Assembly: GCA_902727925.1 (NCBI GenBank) | Contig: CACVAW010000010.1 | Coordinates: forward strand, 8,726 to 72,725 | Direction of reading: 5' to 3' | DNA length: 64,000 nt | Source: an uncultured Campylobacterales bacterium | GTDB taxonomy: Bacteria; Campylobacterota; Campylobacteria; Campylobacterales; CACVAW01 | In this document: one piece after another, positions 45,515-55,263 of the stretch | How the letters are laid out: the number at the start of each line of letters is the position of its first letter | Position numbering within the stretch: position 1 is the first letter of the stretch | Program-made: the position numbers and the translations under genes | The notes under the pieces: generated by a model | What the model saw: only the letters and a program-made list of their open reading frames with translations | Told to the model about the DNA's origin: nothing | Databases searched by the model: none

Positions 45515-46537
45515 ATGTTCCTAGAGATTAAAAACATCGGGATAATCAAAGAAGCTAATATAAAAATAGATGGACTAACTGTAATAGCTGGAGAAAATGA
45601 TACTGGGAAAAGCACAGTAGGAAAAGTACTTTATAGTTTGATTAAAACAGTTACATTTAGTAGTAATATTGAACCAAAAGACTTACCAATGGGAAATATC
45701 TATCAATATCATTTTGATATGTATACGAAAAAACTATTTAAAAATAAAATATCTAAAAATGGTAGTATAAAGTTTGATTTTGAAGATAATATTTTTGAAC
45801 TTAAAATCAAACAAAATAGATGTATATCATTTGAATATCCACCAAAGTATAAAAATACTAAAGCTAAAATGTTCAAACCACTGTTAATAGATTCTCCTTT
45901 GATATGGAATATGTATGAAACATTAGAAACTATAAATAGTGTAAAAAATCAAGAAAGTATTATGGATAATATTGATTTTAGTATTAGTCAAACTATTCAA
46001 GATTTACATTTCGCTTTATCTGTAAAAATGAAAGACAACTATTCAAATAATTTAAGTTTAAAAATCAACAATATTATAGGTGGTAGTTTTGAACAAGATG
46101 GGTTAGGAAATTTTTCTTTTAATAAAGATGATGACAAAATAGAGCTTATCAATACTTCTATGGGAATTAAATATTTTGGTATATTGCAGGTTTTAGAAAA
46201 CAAAAACCATCTTCATCATGATCAGATATTGATACTAGATGAACCCGAAGTTCATTTACATCCAAAATGGCAGTTAATGCTAGCGGAGGTTATTGTAAAG
46301 TTAGTTAAAAGTGGTGTTAAGATAGTGGTAAACTCCCATAGCCCTTATATGATAGAAGCTTTAGAACTTTTTTCTAAGAGACATGAAGTGAAGTCAAATT
46401 ATTATTTATCTGAAAAAAATGAAAATGGTACATCAAACATTACTTCTCAGGGTGAAGATTTAAATTATATTTATAAAAAATTAGCTCAACCTTTTACTAC
46501 CTTAGAAGAAATGGCTTTAAAAGATTTTAAATGGTAA
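45515..46537 (+). CDS. ABC/SMC-like (AAA_15/AAA_21-type) ATPase, soluble, inserted between nuoC and nuoD
   Basis: 340 aa counted from the ATG at 45515, which lies 7 nt after the nuoC stop with an AGAAGG RBS. Walker A is G26-ENDTGKST34. Walker B is QILILDEPEVHLHP. There is an H-loop-like VVNSHSPYMIE. I see no TM segments and no TOPRIM or HNH motifs. Confidence 0.8.
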   Translation: MFLEIKNIGIIKEANIKIDGLTVIAGENDTGKSTVGKVLYSLIKTVTFSSNIEPKDLPMGNIYQYHFDMYTKKLFKNKISKNGSIKFDFEDNIFELKIKQNRCISFEYPPKYKNTKAKMFKPLLIDSPLIWNMYETLETINSVKNQESIMDNIDFSISQTIQDLHFALSVKMKDNYSNNLSLKINNIIGGSFEQDGLGNFSFNKDDDKIELINTSMGIKYFGILQVLENKNHLHHDQILILDEPEVHLHPKWQLMLAEVIVKLVKSGVKIVVNSHSPYMIEALELFSKRHEVKSNYYLSEKNENGTSNITSQGEDLNYIYKKLAQPFTTLEEMALKDFKW

Positions 46538-47088
46538 AGGATATTGAATCTTTTTTAAGAAAAGACTTTAAGTTTAGTGAACTAAAAATAGTAAGTGATG
46601 ATATATGTATCAATAATTCGAATGAGTATTTAGATATAGACTCCGAAGAAGGTGGACTAATAAGTAAACTTTATAAAAAAGGTGAAGATAGACTTTTTAA
46701 AAGTGATAAAATGTCATCTTGTGATACTATATTATTTAATATTAAGCATGACCATATGGTTTTTATAGAGTTTAAGGATATGAATAAAGTTGATTCAAAA
46801 GAAAAGTTAAAAGAATGGAATGAAAAACATTACAAATCAATACTTGTAAAAATATCTGATTCAATATTGATGTTTAGTTATATTTTAAATAAAAAATATA
46901 AGATTAGCTATGATAGTTTTATGAATATAAAAAAGAGTTTTATATATGTCTATAAAACAGATGTATATAAAGATAAAATACATGAACATTTACACAACAA
47001 ATTTTCAAAATATAAATTTTTATTTCAAAATACTTTATTCGCTGATGTAAATGAATTTCAAGATTTTTTAAAAACAAACAAACTATAG
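46531..47088 (+). CDS. Hypothetical protein, candidate PD-(D/E)xK-fold partner of the upstream ATPase
   Basis: 185 aa. Its ATG overlaps the ATPase stop (ATGGTAA). SSC-D65-TILFNIKHDHMVFI-E80-F-K82-D fits D...(D/E)xK on two predicted beta strands. It is extremely AT-rich and I recognise no family. Confidence 0.55.
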   Translation: MVKDIESFLRKDFKFSELKIVSDDICINNSNEYLDIDSEEGGLISKLYKKGEDRLFKSDKMSSCDTILFNIKHDHMVFIEFKDMNKVDSKEKLKEWNEKHYKSILVKISDSILMFSYILNKKYKISYDSFMNIKKSFIYVYKTDVYKDKIHEHLHNKFSKYKFLFQNTLFADVNEFQDFLKTNKL

Positions 47089-47097
47089 GTATAGAAT

Positions 47098-48330
47098 ATG
47101 CAAAGACAACAACCAAATATATTAAAACCTCATTTTGAAAATGTGAATTTCCAAAGAGATGGAAATAATATGATACTTAATCTTGGTCCTCAACACCCAT
47201 CAGCTCACGGTCAGCTTAGACTTGTACTTGAGCTTGACGGTGAAAAGGTAGTAAAATCTACACCAATGGTAGGGTACCTTCACCGTGGTATGGAAAAGAT
47301 GGCTGAAAATATTCCCTATAATAAATTTTTGCCCACAACTGATAGGATGGATTATATTGCAGCTGCATCAAACAACTACGCGTTTGCAGCTTCAGTTGAA
47401 AGTCTCATTGGAGTAGAAGTTCCACGCCGAGCTAAAGTCATAAGAACTATGATACTTGAGATTAACCGTCTTAATTCACATCTGTTTTGGCTTGCTACGC
47501 ATGCACTTGATGTAGGAGCTATGAGTGTATTTTTGTATTGTTTTAGAGAGCGTGAATTTGCACTTGATTTGATCGAAAGCTATTGTGGAGCTAGGCTTAC
47601 ACATAGTGCAATGAGAATAGGGGGAGTTCCACTTGATCTTCCTATAGGATGGCTAACAAGTTTAGAAAAATATTGTGATCATTTAAGTACTGAGATAGAT
47701 AACCTTGAGGGGCTTCTTAATGAAAACAGAATTTGGAAGATGAGGCTTGAGGGTGTGGGTGTGATGAGTGCAGAAGAGGCTATAAGCTCAGGTTGTACCG
47801 GTCCAAGTCTAAGAGGTAGTGGTGTTGAGTATGATATAAGAAAAGAAGAGCCTTATGAATTATATGATGAGCTTGAATTTGATATTCCAGTAAGTCAGCG
47901 AGGTGATGCTTATGGAAGATATCAAGTATATATGAAAGAGATGAGAGAAAGCATCAAGATACTCAAACAGCTAATTCCTAAGTACGCAGGAACTTCAACT
48001 ATCATAATGGCAGAATCACCTAAATATATATCAGCTCCTAAAGAGCAGATAATGACACAAAACTACTCACTCATGCAACACTTTGTTCTTGTAACTCAAG
48101 GTATGAGACCTCCAATAGGTGAGAGCTATGTACCTACAGAATCACCAAAAGGTGAACTTGGATTTTATATTAATTCTCAAGGTGAAGCACATCCTTACAG
48201 ACTAAAAGTAAGAGGTCCAAGCTTTTGGCATACTTCAATATTTGAAAATTTGTTTGTAGGTGAATATCTCGCAGATGTGATAACACTAATAGGAAATTTT
48301 AATATAGTTCTTGGCGAAGTAGATAGATAA
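47098..48330 (+). CDS. nuoD: NADH-quinone oxidoreductase subunit D
   Basis: 410 aa with [24 protein letters not shown], and the C-terminal GEVDR. Confidence 0.95.
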   Translation: MQRQQPNILKPHFENVNFQRDGNNMILNLGPQHPSAHGQLRLVLELDGEKVVKSTPMVGYLHRGMEKMAENIPYNKFLPTTDRMDYIAAASNNYAFAASVESLIGVEVPRRAKVIRTMILEINRLNSHLFWLATHALDVGAMSVFLYCFREREFALDLIESYCGARLTHSAMRIGGVPLDLPIGWLTSLEKYCDHLSTEIDNLEGLLNENRIWKMRLEGVGVMSAEEAISSGCTGPSLRGSGVEYDIRKEEPYELYDELEFDIPVSQRGDAYGRYQVYMKEMRESIKILKQLIPKYAGTSTIIMAESPKYISAPKEQIMTQNYSLMQHFVLVTQGMRPPIGESYVPTESPKGELGFYINSQGEAHPYRLKVRGPSFWHTSIFENLFVGEYLADVITLIGNFNIVLGEVDR

Positions 48331-48339
48331 AGGAATATT

Positions 48340-49056
48340 ATGGAAAAAATTAAAGAAGTATTTTTAAACTCGATAGATAGTATAAAAGAGAATAGAATAA
48401 ATCTGTTTAGAGGTCTTTTAGTACCAATGCTTATTATGGTAGGTATAAGTGTATATTTTCCAATATTAATTAAAAGTTTAGACATGAATATGATAATTAT
48501 TTTATCAATTGTTTATCCTATATTCTATTTTATTTTATATGTAGTTTGTTTTATACAAATAAGTAGAATAGTTTTACTAAATGAAGAAAAATCTTTTTTA
48601 AGTTTTCTTAGTTGGGGTAAAAAAGAATTTATGTTTGTATTTTATGCTGGGTTAATTACATTTGCAAGTGCTCTTATAGTAGGTATTTCGTTACCATTCT
48701 TTAATTTTGAGCAGATATTTTTATCTGTAATACCTTTGTCTGTAATATTTTTAGTATTGTATACTATTCCAAGGTTTATTCTTTTGTTTCCAGCTACCGC
48801 AGTAGAAAAATATATATCATTAAAAGAGTCTTGGAATCTTACAGAGGATAATAAATTTTTAATGATTTTTACTTGTTGGCTTTTACCTATATTTTTTACA
48901 GTTCCAATTTTTTTATTATTATCTATCTTGCCTCTTGTACTTTTGCAAACATTATCAGTTCTTACGATGATAGCAACTGTGTCATTTTCAGCAGAGGCGT
49001 ATAAATTAATAATAGTTCAAAACTTAGACAGCTTAGTAGAAAAGGAAGTCAAATGA
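48340..49056 (+). CDS. Polytopic membrane protein of unknown function
   Basis: 238 aa with about 6 TM helices, lying 9 nt after nuoD with an AAAGGAA RBS. I see no NuoH/J/K-type motifs. Confidence 0.5.
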   Translation: MEKIKEVFLNSIDSIKENRINLFRGLLVPMLIMVGISVYFPILIKSLDMNMIIILSIVYPIFYFILYVVCFIQISRIVLLNEEKSFLSFLSWGKKEFMFVFYAGLITFASALIVGISLPFFNFEQIFLSVIPLSVIFLVLYTIPRFILLFPATAVEKYISLKESWNLTEDNKFLMIFTCWLLPIFFTVPIFLLLSILPLVLLQTLSVLTMIATVSFSAEAYKLIIVQNLDSLVEKEVK

Positions 49057-49835
49057 CTATACTATCAGGACCTTGTGTAATAGAGAGTAAAGAAATAGTT
49101 TACGAGATAGCTTCAAAACTACAATATTTTCAAGAAAATAAAGATATTGACTTTTATTTCAAAGCTAGTTTTGACAAAGCAAATAGAACTAGTCTTTCAA
49201 GCTTTCGTGGACCAGGACTTGAAGAGGGTTTAAGGATACTTGAAGAGGTAAAAAAAGAGTTTGGTTACAAAATAGTGACTGATATTCACGAGCCATCTCA
49301 AGCAAAGCCTGTAGGCGAGGTTGTTGATATGATTCAAATACCTGCATTTTTATCTAGACAAACAGACTTACTTGTAGCAGCTGCGAAAACAGATGCTTAT
49401 GTGAATATCAAAAAAGCTCAATTCTTGAGTGGTTCTGATATGCAGTATTCTGTAGCAAAGGTTATGAATACTAGAGGTTATGAAACAATCACTTATGAAA
49501 ATGCCAAAAAAGCAAAAGTATTCTTGTGTGAGCGTGGAAATATCTTTGGGTATGGCAACTTTGTAGTAGATATGAGAAACTTGATTATTATGAGAGAGTT
49601 TGCTCCTGTGATATTTGACGCAACACATTCAGTACAGATGCCAGGAGGTGCAGGTGGTAAGAGTGGTGGAAACAAAGAATATGTAGCACCACTAACACGA
49701 GCAGCAAACGCTATAGGTGTAGATGGGTTTTTCTTTGAGACTCATTGTGATCCTGATAAAGCTCTTTGTGATGGACCGAACATGCTTCAAGTAGATGACT
49801 TAATAAAATTAATTAAAGAAATTAAAGGCGAATAA
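49053..49835 (+). CDS. kdsA: 2-dehydro-3-deoxyphosphooctonate aldolase (KDO-8-P synthase)
   Basis: 260 aa with [39 protein letters not shown]. Confidence 0.92.
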   Translation: MTILSGPCVIESKEIVYEIASKLQYFQENKDIDFYFKASFDKANRTSLSSFRGPGLEEGLRILEEVKKEFGYKIVTDIHEPSQAKPVGEVVDMIQIPAFLSRQTDLLVAAAKTDAYVNIKKAQFLSGSDMQYSVAKVMNTRGYETITYENAKKAKVFLCERGNIFGYGNFVVDMRNLIIMREFAPVIFDATHSVQMPGGAGGKSGGNKEYVAPLTRAANAIGVDGFFFETHCDPDKALCDGPNMLQVDDLIKLIKEIKGE

Positions 49836-50303
49836 ATGAAAAGAATAGAAGGAAAATTATCTCTAAACGGAGATGAGAAGATAGCAATAGTAAGTGGTAG
49901 ATTTAATCATATTATTACTGATAGATTAGTTGAGGGTGCAAGAGATGCCTTCATAAGACAAGGTGGAAATGAAGACAATCTTGACCTTGTGATGGTTCCA
50001 GGTGCATTTGAAATACCATTTATCTTAGACAAGATGTTATCTCTCAAAAAATATGATGGAATATGTTGTGTAGGAGCTGTGATTCGTGGAAGTACACCAC
50101 ACTTTGATTATGTATCAGCAGAAGCAACTAAAGGAATAGCAACTATGGGGCTTAAGTATCACACACCTGTAAGCTTTGGAGTGCTAACAACAAACACTAT
50201 AGAGCAAGCAATCGAGCGTGCAGGAAGCAAAGCTGGTAACCTTGGGTTTAATTATATGAGTTCTTTAATTGAGATGTTAGACCTTTATAAAAAGTTTGAT
50301 TAA
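49836..50303 (+). CDS. ribH: 6,7-dimethyl-8-ribityllumazine synthase
   Basis: 155 aa with [35 protein letters not shown]. Confidence 0.94.
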   Translation: MKRIEGKLSLNGDEKIAIVSGRFNHIITDRLVEGARDAFIRQGGNEDNLDLVMVPGAFEIPFILDKMLSLKKYDGICCVGAVIRGSTPHFDYVSAEATKGIATMGLKYHTPVSFGVLTTNTIEQAIERAGSKAGNLGFNYMSSLIEMLDLYKKFD

Positions 50304-50689
50304 TGGCTACAAGAAGACATGTGCGTCAAAGTGTAATAAGTATTCTTTACGCTAAAGATATAGGTAATATCGATATAGATGATTTCAAAGATGAAATACT
50401 CGCAGACAATAAAATAAAAAACAAACAGTATGAATTTGCAAATTCACTTCTTGTTGGTATTGATCAAAACATGAAAGATATAGATGACAATATATCTAAA
50501 AATTTGTCAAAAAGAAGTATTGGTGATATTGGTCTTATTGAAAAAGCGATTCTTAGGCTAGGTACTTATGAAATATTATTTGGAGGGACAAATAAAGTTG
50601 TAGTCATCAACGAAGCTATAGAGATAGCAAAAGAGTTGTGTGCTCCAAACTCTCCAAAATTTTTGAACGCTGTATTAGATAAGATTTAA
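50303..50689 (+). CDS. nusB: Transcription antitermination factor NusB
   Basis: 128 aa with RRHVRQSVISILY...VVINEAIEIAKE. The ribH-nusB order is conserved. Confidence 0.9.
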   Translation: MATRRHVRQSVISILYAKDIGNIDIDDFKDEILADNKIKNKQYEFANSLLVGIDQNMKDIDDNISKNLSKRSIGDIGLIEKAILRLGTYEILFGGTNKVVVINEAIEIAKELCAPNSPKFLNAVLDKI

Positions 50690-51357
50690 TGTCAAACTCT
50701 CAAAATCTTCAATTATTAAAAGAACTCTATATCTACAAAAGTATGGGGTTCTCTTATGTTGATAAGTTACAAAGTGTTCAAAATAACACAAAAAACAGAT
50801 CAATTGTAACTTGGGATGATTTAGAAAAAACAGTAAAAAACTGTTTTTTATGTGAACTTTCAAAATCAAGAAAAAACACAGTTTTTGGTAATGGTAATAA
50901 AAATGCCAAAGTTATGTTTATAGGTGAAGCACCTGGTATGGTAGAAGATGAAAGTGGAGATGTCTTTGTTGGTAGGTCAGGGGAGTTATTAACAAAGATG
51001 ATAGAGAATGTTTTAAATATACCAAGAGATGAAGTCTACATTACAAATATGTTGAAATGTAAACCTCCAAGTAATGCAAGTGCTACAAAAAATCAAATAA
51101 ATAGTTGTTCAGACTACTTAACTTCACAGATTAACTTAGTATCTCCAAAACTAATAGTCGCATTAGGTCAGAGCGTATATCAATACCTAAGTAATGATGA
51201 TAGCTCTTTATCTGAGGCTAGAATGAGTATCTCCAAATACAAAGAGATATCAGTAATCACTACATATCATCCTAGCTATCTCTTACGAAACCCAAGTATA
51301 AAAAAACAAGCACACCAAGATTTGCTTAAAATCAAAAGTTTTTTAGATAATTTATAG
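50689..51357 (+). CDS. Family 4 uracil-DNA glycosylase
   Basis: 222 aa with a C..C cluster, GEAPGMVEDESGDVFVGRSG, and HPSYLLRNP. Confidence 0.85.
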   Translation: MSNSQNLQLLKELYIYKSMGFSYVDKLQSVQNNTKNRSIVTWDDLEKTVKNCFLCELSKSRKNTVFGNGNKNAKVMFIGEAPGMVEDESGDVFVGRSGELLTKMIENVLNIPRDEVYITNMLKCKPPSNASATKNQINSCSDYLTSQINLVSPKLIVALGQSVYQYLSNDDSSLSEARMSISKYKEISVITTYHPSYLLRNPSIKKQAHQDLLKIKSFLDNL

Positions 51358-51371
51358 AGGGTAGGGATTGT

Positions 51372-51390
51372 GTTTAGGTAGTACCTAAAC
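51372..51390 (+). terminator. Hairpin after the UDG gene
   Basis: gtttaggta-g-tacctaaac has 9-nt exact inverted arms, giving an effective 8-bp stem with a 3-nt loop. Confidence 0.35.
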
Positions 51391-51517
51391 TTATATGTAA
51401 AGTTAGACTCGCAAATCTTCCTTGTGACATTTAGTCACAAGAGAATTTGCTCCTTGTTTACTCTTTGTTGTCTTTTATAGGTTACAATATACTTATAACA
51501 AAACGACAAACCTCAAA

Positions 51518-51539
51518 TAGAGACACCTTGGTGTCTCTA
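51518..51539 (-). terminator. Hairpin after the pfs/mtnN gene
   Basis: tagagacacc-tt-ggtgtctcta has 10-nt exact inverted arms and lies 6 nt past the minus-strand stop. On the minus strand it is followed by TTTGAGG. Confidence 0.5.
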
Positions 51540-51545
51540 GCCTCC

Positions 51546-52232
51546 TCAAATTTCTTTTATCATATTTATTACAAACTCTGCACTTACTTTAGCTGACGTT
51601 TCTAGAAATTTATCGAAGTCCATATCTGCACTATCATTTGCACTATCACTAATAGCTCTTAATACAAATAGAGGTAAATCAAAGTGAGAACATACATTTG
51701 CTACACTTGCACCCTCCATCTCTATAGCATTAGCTTTAAATGTATCTTTTATCCAGTTCTTTTTTTCGTTTGATGCTATGAACTGATCACCTGAAGCTAT
51801 TATGGCTGGTTTTAGGTCTATATTGTTGTTCTTAGCTACTTTAATTGCTATTTCACATAGTTTGCTATCTGTCTCAAAAAAAACTTTACTCTCAGGTACA
51901 AATCCATAAGGGTGACCAAAAGCACTCAAATCAAGATCATGTTGAAGAAGCTTTGTAGCATATACCAAATCGCCAATATTTAAATCCTCATCAATACCTC
52001 CAGCAACACCAGAGAAGATAAGTTTTTGTATTTTGAAGTGTTCACAAAGAACAGATGCTGTTATAGCAGAGTTTACCTTGCCTATTTTACTATATGCTAT
52101 TACTAGGTTATGATTGCTAAGTTCAGCTTTATAGTATGTATTACCTGCATAATTTATTTCTTCTATATTTGATAGTTTTGCTAAGAGTGGAGTTATCTCT
52201 TCTCTCATAGCTCCAAGTATTCCAATCGTCAC
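51546..52232 (-). CDS. mtnN: 5'-methylthioadenosine/S-adenosylhomocysteine nucleosidase (Pfs/MtnN)
   Basis: TIGILGAMREEITPL, FSGVAGG, IEMEGASVA. The preferred start is the GTG at 52232 (RBS AAGGAAG). The track ATG at 52265 would add 11 atypical residues. Confidence 0.87.
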   Translation of the reverse strand: MTIGILGAMREEITPLLAKLSNIEEINYAGNTYYKAELSNHNLVIAYSKIGKVNSAITASVLCEHFKIQKLIFSGVAGGIDEDLNIGDLVYATKLLQHDLDLSAFGHPYGFVPESKVFFETDSKLCEIAIKVAKNNNIDLKPAIIASGDQFIASNEKKNWIKDTFKANAIEMEGASVANVCSHFDLPLFVLRAISDSANDSADMDFDKFLETSAKVSAEFVINMIKEI

Positions 52233-52292
52233 GGTCTTCCTTTGTTTTTGAAGATATTGTAACATAAAACTTTATTTATGGAAGAACTCTTT

Positions 52293-52300
52293 TGTATAAT
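52293..52300 (+). promoter_or_regulatory. Candidate extended -10 box (TGTATAAT)
   Basis: It lies 36 nt upstream of the ATG at 52336. It falls inside the track ORF's TTG-initiated extension, which argues for the downstream start. Confidence 0.4.
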
Positions 52301-52335
52301 TGAGACCTCAATTTAAAAACTATAAAGAGTTTAAT

Positions 52336-53352
52336 ATGAAATTTGTTTTATTTTGTAACTTACCTTATGCTTTTGGTATATTAAGACCTCTTGAGTTAGA
52401 GCTCAAAAAGCATGGCTTTGAGTATATTTGGTATTTACCAAAAGAGATTGAAAAACTATTCAAATATGAGAACTATACAACTAATATAAAAGATATAAGA
52501 GACTTCAAAAGTGATGTTATATTTGTTCCAGGCAATGAAGTACCATACTACTTAAGAGGATTAAAAGTTCAAATCTTTCATGGTCTTGCAGGTGAAAAAA
52601 AAGGTCATTTTAGAATACGAGATTATTTTGACTTATACTTAACACAAGGTCCATACTTTACAAAAAGATTTGAAGAACTCTCACAAATACACAAAAACTT
52701 TGAGGTAATACAAACAGGTTGGCCTAAACTAGACAATCTTTTTGTAGATGATGCACAAGAAAAAAGAAAAGAAATATTAAATAAACATAATGTAAAAAAT
52801 ATAGTTCTATATTCGCCTACCTTTTCGCGGTCTTTACATTCGGCAAATGAAATGTATGATGAGATACAAAAATTCGGTAAAGAGACATTAATCATCATAA
52901 AATTCCACGATAAAATGGATGAAGAAATAAAAGCAAGATATGAAAATCTAAAGTCTAAAAACATATTAATATCACAAGAAAAAGACATAACCAAATTACT
53001 AAAAATCTCAGATCTTATGATAAGTGACACATCATCAGTTGTATATGAGTTTGCACTTCTTAATAAGCCAGTAGTCACGATTAATAGCACATCTCCAAAT
53101 ATTGTATGGGAAGACTTAAAAGATGCTAAAGAAATAGTTCCTAAGGTACATCAAATCCTTGATGGAGATGATAAATTCAAAGAAAAAAGAAAAAAGCTTT
53201 ATGATGAGTATCATCCTTATGATGATTCAAACTCAGCGTTAAGAATGATAGATGCTGTGGTTAAATACTTAGACACAAGAGAAGTACCTACAAAAAGAAA
53301 AATATCACTTTTAAGAAAATTGAAAATACTAAAAATTTATAAAGATTCATAG
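52336..53352 (+). CDS. CDP-glycerol glycerophosphotransferase (TagB/TagF-like) family protein
   Basis: VLYSPTFS, IIKFHDKM and MISDTSSVVYEFALLNKPVV resemble the YAPTFR / KxHP / TDYSS..FDF motifs of this family. Confidence 0.6.
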   Translation: MKFVLFCNLPYAFGILRPLELELKKHGFEYIWYLPKEIEKLFKYENYTTNIKDIRDFKSDVIFVPGNEVPYYLRGLKVQIFHGLAGEKKGHFRIRDYFDLYLTQGPYFTKRFEELSQIHKNFEVIQTGWPKLDNLFVDDAQEKRKEILNKHNVKNIVLYSPTFSRSLHSANEMYDEIQKFGKETLIIIKFHDKMDEEIKARYENLKSKNILISQEKDITKLLKISDLMISDTSSVVYEFALLNKPVVTINSTSPNIVWEDLKDAKEIVPKVHQILDGDDKFKEKRKKLYDEYHPYDDSNSALRMIDAVVKYLDTREVPTKRKISLLRKLKILKIYKDS

Positions 53353-53413
53353 AAGGAGATATTTGTTTAGAAGTCTCATCTAAAGTACACAAAAAATATC
53401 TTCATCTATAGAG

Positions 53414-53421
53414 TGTATAAT
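53414..53421 (+). promoter_or_regulatory. Candidate extended -10 box (TGTATAAT, followed by CAC) for lepA
   Basis: gtgtataatcac lies 43 nt upstream of the lepA TTG start. Confidence 0.4.
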
Positions 53422-53463
53422 CACGGTAGAGATTATAGTATAAAAACTACCGAGGATTAAAAC

Positions 53464-55263
53464 TTGTCAAACCAAAAGAACATAAGAAACTTTTCAATAA
53501 TAGCACATATAGATCATGGTAAAAGCACACTAGCCGATAGACTAATAAGTGAATGTGGCACGGTGGAACTCCGAGATATGTCAAATCAGCTACTAGACTC
53601 TATGGATATAGAAAGAGAGCGTGGGATTACAATCAAAGCTCAAAGTGTAAGGCTCATATACAAAAGAGATGATGGAGAATATATCTTAAACCTGATAGAT
53701 ACTCCAGGTCATGTTGATTTTTCTTATGAAGTTAGTAAGTCTATCAAATCAAGTGAGGGTGCACTTCTTGTAGTAGACTCATCTCAAGGAGTTGAAGCTC
53801 AGACCATAGCAAATGTATACATAGCTATTGAAAACAATCTTGAACTCATACCAATACTAAACAAAATAGATCTTCCCGCATCAAACCCACAAAAAGTAAA
53901 AGACGAGATAGAAAGTACTATAGGACTAGACTGTGAACATGCAATAGAAGTAAGCGCAAAAACAGGGCAGGGTATCAAACAAGTTCTTGATACTATAGTT
54001 GATAGCGTGCCAGCTCCAAGTGGTAATGAGGATGCACCTACAAAAGCACTTATCTATGATAGCTGGTTTGATCCGTATTTAGGTGCATTGGCACTTGTGC
54101 GTGTATATGATGGTACTATAAGTAAAAAACAACAGATACTAATAGTAAGTACAGGAAGAAAGTACGAAGTGCTAAATCTAATGTACTCACATCCATTAAA
54201 TCCTATCAAAACACCTAGTATAGAGTGTGGAGAAGTTGGTATCATTGTACTTGGTCTTAAAGATACTGGTGAGCTTGCAGTTGGAGACACCATAACAGAC
54301 GCAAAGAATCCTACTACTGATATAGTTGAAGGGTTTGAAGAGGCGAAGTCTTTTGTATTTGCTGGAGTATTTCCAATTGAAACAGATAAGTTTGAAGACT
54401 TAAGAAACGCACTAGAAAAGCTCAAACTCAATGACTCTTCAATCTCTTATGAACCTGAAACAAGTGCAGCACTTGGATTTGGCTTTAGGGTAGGGTTTCT
54501 TGGTCTTTTACATATGGAAGTAGTCAAAGAAAGGCTTGAGCGTGAATTCAACCTTGATCTTATTGCAACTGCTCCTACTGTTGTATACGAAATAGTTCAG
54601 ACAAACGATGAAGTATTATATATAGAAAATCCAAGCGACTTACCTCCTATAAACAAAATTGCAGCTATAAACGAACCATATGTAAAAGCAACACTACTAA
54701 CACCAAACGAATACCTAGGTAATGTAATGAAACTTCTTAATGACAAAAGAGGGATTCAGCTCAATATGGAATATATCACCGAAACAAGAGTGATGTTAGA
54801 GTACGAAATACCTATGAATGAAATAGTAATGGACTTTTATGATAAGCTCAAATCAGTAACAAAAGGCTATGCTAGTTTTGATTACGAGCAAGTAGGATAC
54901 AGAAAAGGTGACCTTGTAAAGCTTGATATCATAGTAGCTGGAGATATAGTAGATGCTCTATCTATCATCGTACCTAAAAATCAAGCAAACTACAAAGGAA
55001 GAGAGTTCGTTAAAAAGATGAAAGAGATAGTCCCAAGACAGCTTTTTGAAGTAGCTATTCAAGCAAGCCTTGGTAGTAAGATAATTGCGCGTGAAAGCAT
55101 CAGAGCTATGAGAAAAAATGTAACAGCAAAATGTTATGGTGGTGATATCACACGTAAAAGAAAACTACTAGAAAAACAAAAAGCAGGTAAAAAAAGAATG
55201 AAATCAATTGGTAAGATTGATCTTCCTAGTGAAGCGTTTTTGACTGTACTTAAGATTGACTAG
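53464..55263 (+). CDS. lepA: Elongation factor 4 (LepA)
   Basis: 599 aa with [35 protein letters not shown], and the C-terminal LepA-specific region. TTG start. Confidence 0.96.
   Translation: MSNQKNIRNFSIIAHIDHGKSTLADRLISECGTVELRDMSNQLLDSMDIERERGITIKAQSVRLIYKRDDGEYILNLIDTPGHVDFSYEVSKSIKSSEGALLVVDSSQGVEAQTIANVYIAIENNLELIPILNKIDLPASNPQKVKDEIESTIGLDCEHAIEVSAKTGQGIKQVLDTIVDSVPAPSGNEDAPTKALIYDSWFDPYLGALALVRVYDGTISKKQQILIVSTGRKYEVLNLMYSHPLNPIKTPSIECGEVGIIVLGLKDTGELAVGDTITDAKNPTTDIVEGFEEAKSFVFAGVFPIETDKFEDLRNALEKLKLNDSSISYEPETSAALGFGFRVGFLGLLHMEVVKERLEREFNLDLIATAPTVVYEIVQTNDEVLYIENPSDLPPINKIAAINEPYVKATLLTPNEYLGNVMKLLNDKRGIQLNMEYITETRVMLEYEIPMNEIVMDFYDKLKSVTKGYASFDYEQVGYRKGDLVKLDIIVAGDIVDALSIIVPKNQANYKGREFVKKMKEIVPRQLFEVAIQASLGSKIIARESIRAMRKNVTAKCYGGDITRKRKLLEKQKAGKKRMKSIGKIDLPSEAFLTVLKID

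Noticed and set aside
45515-47088. The idea that the two genes between nuoC and nuoD are the epsilonproteobacterial replacements of NuoE/NuoF.
   Set aside because: In Campylobacter and Helicobacter those substitutes lie between nuoD and nuoG, not between nuoC and nuoD. ORF1 is clearly a Walker A/B ABC-like ATPase, and the cassette is compositionally distinct from the flanking nuo genes. A respiratory role is kept only as an alternative hypothesis.
48340-49056. The membrane protein after nuoD as a diverged NuoH, NuoJ or NuoK.
   Set aside because: Its length and helix pattern do not fit, and none of the conserved charged or quinone-site motifs of these subunits is visible. It is left as unknown.
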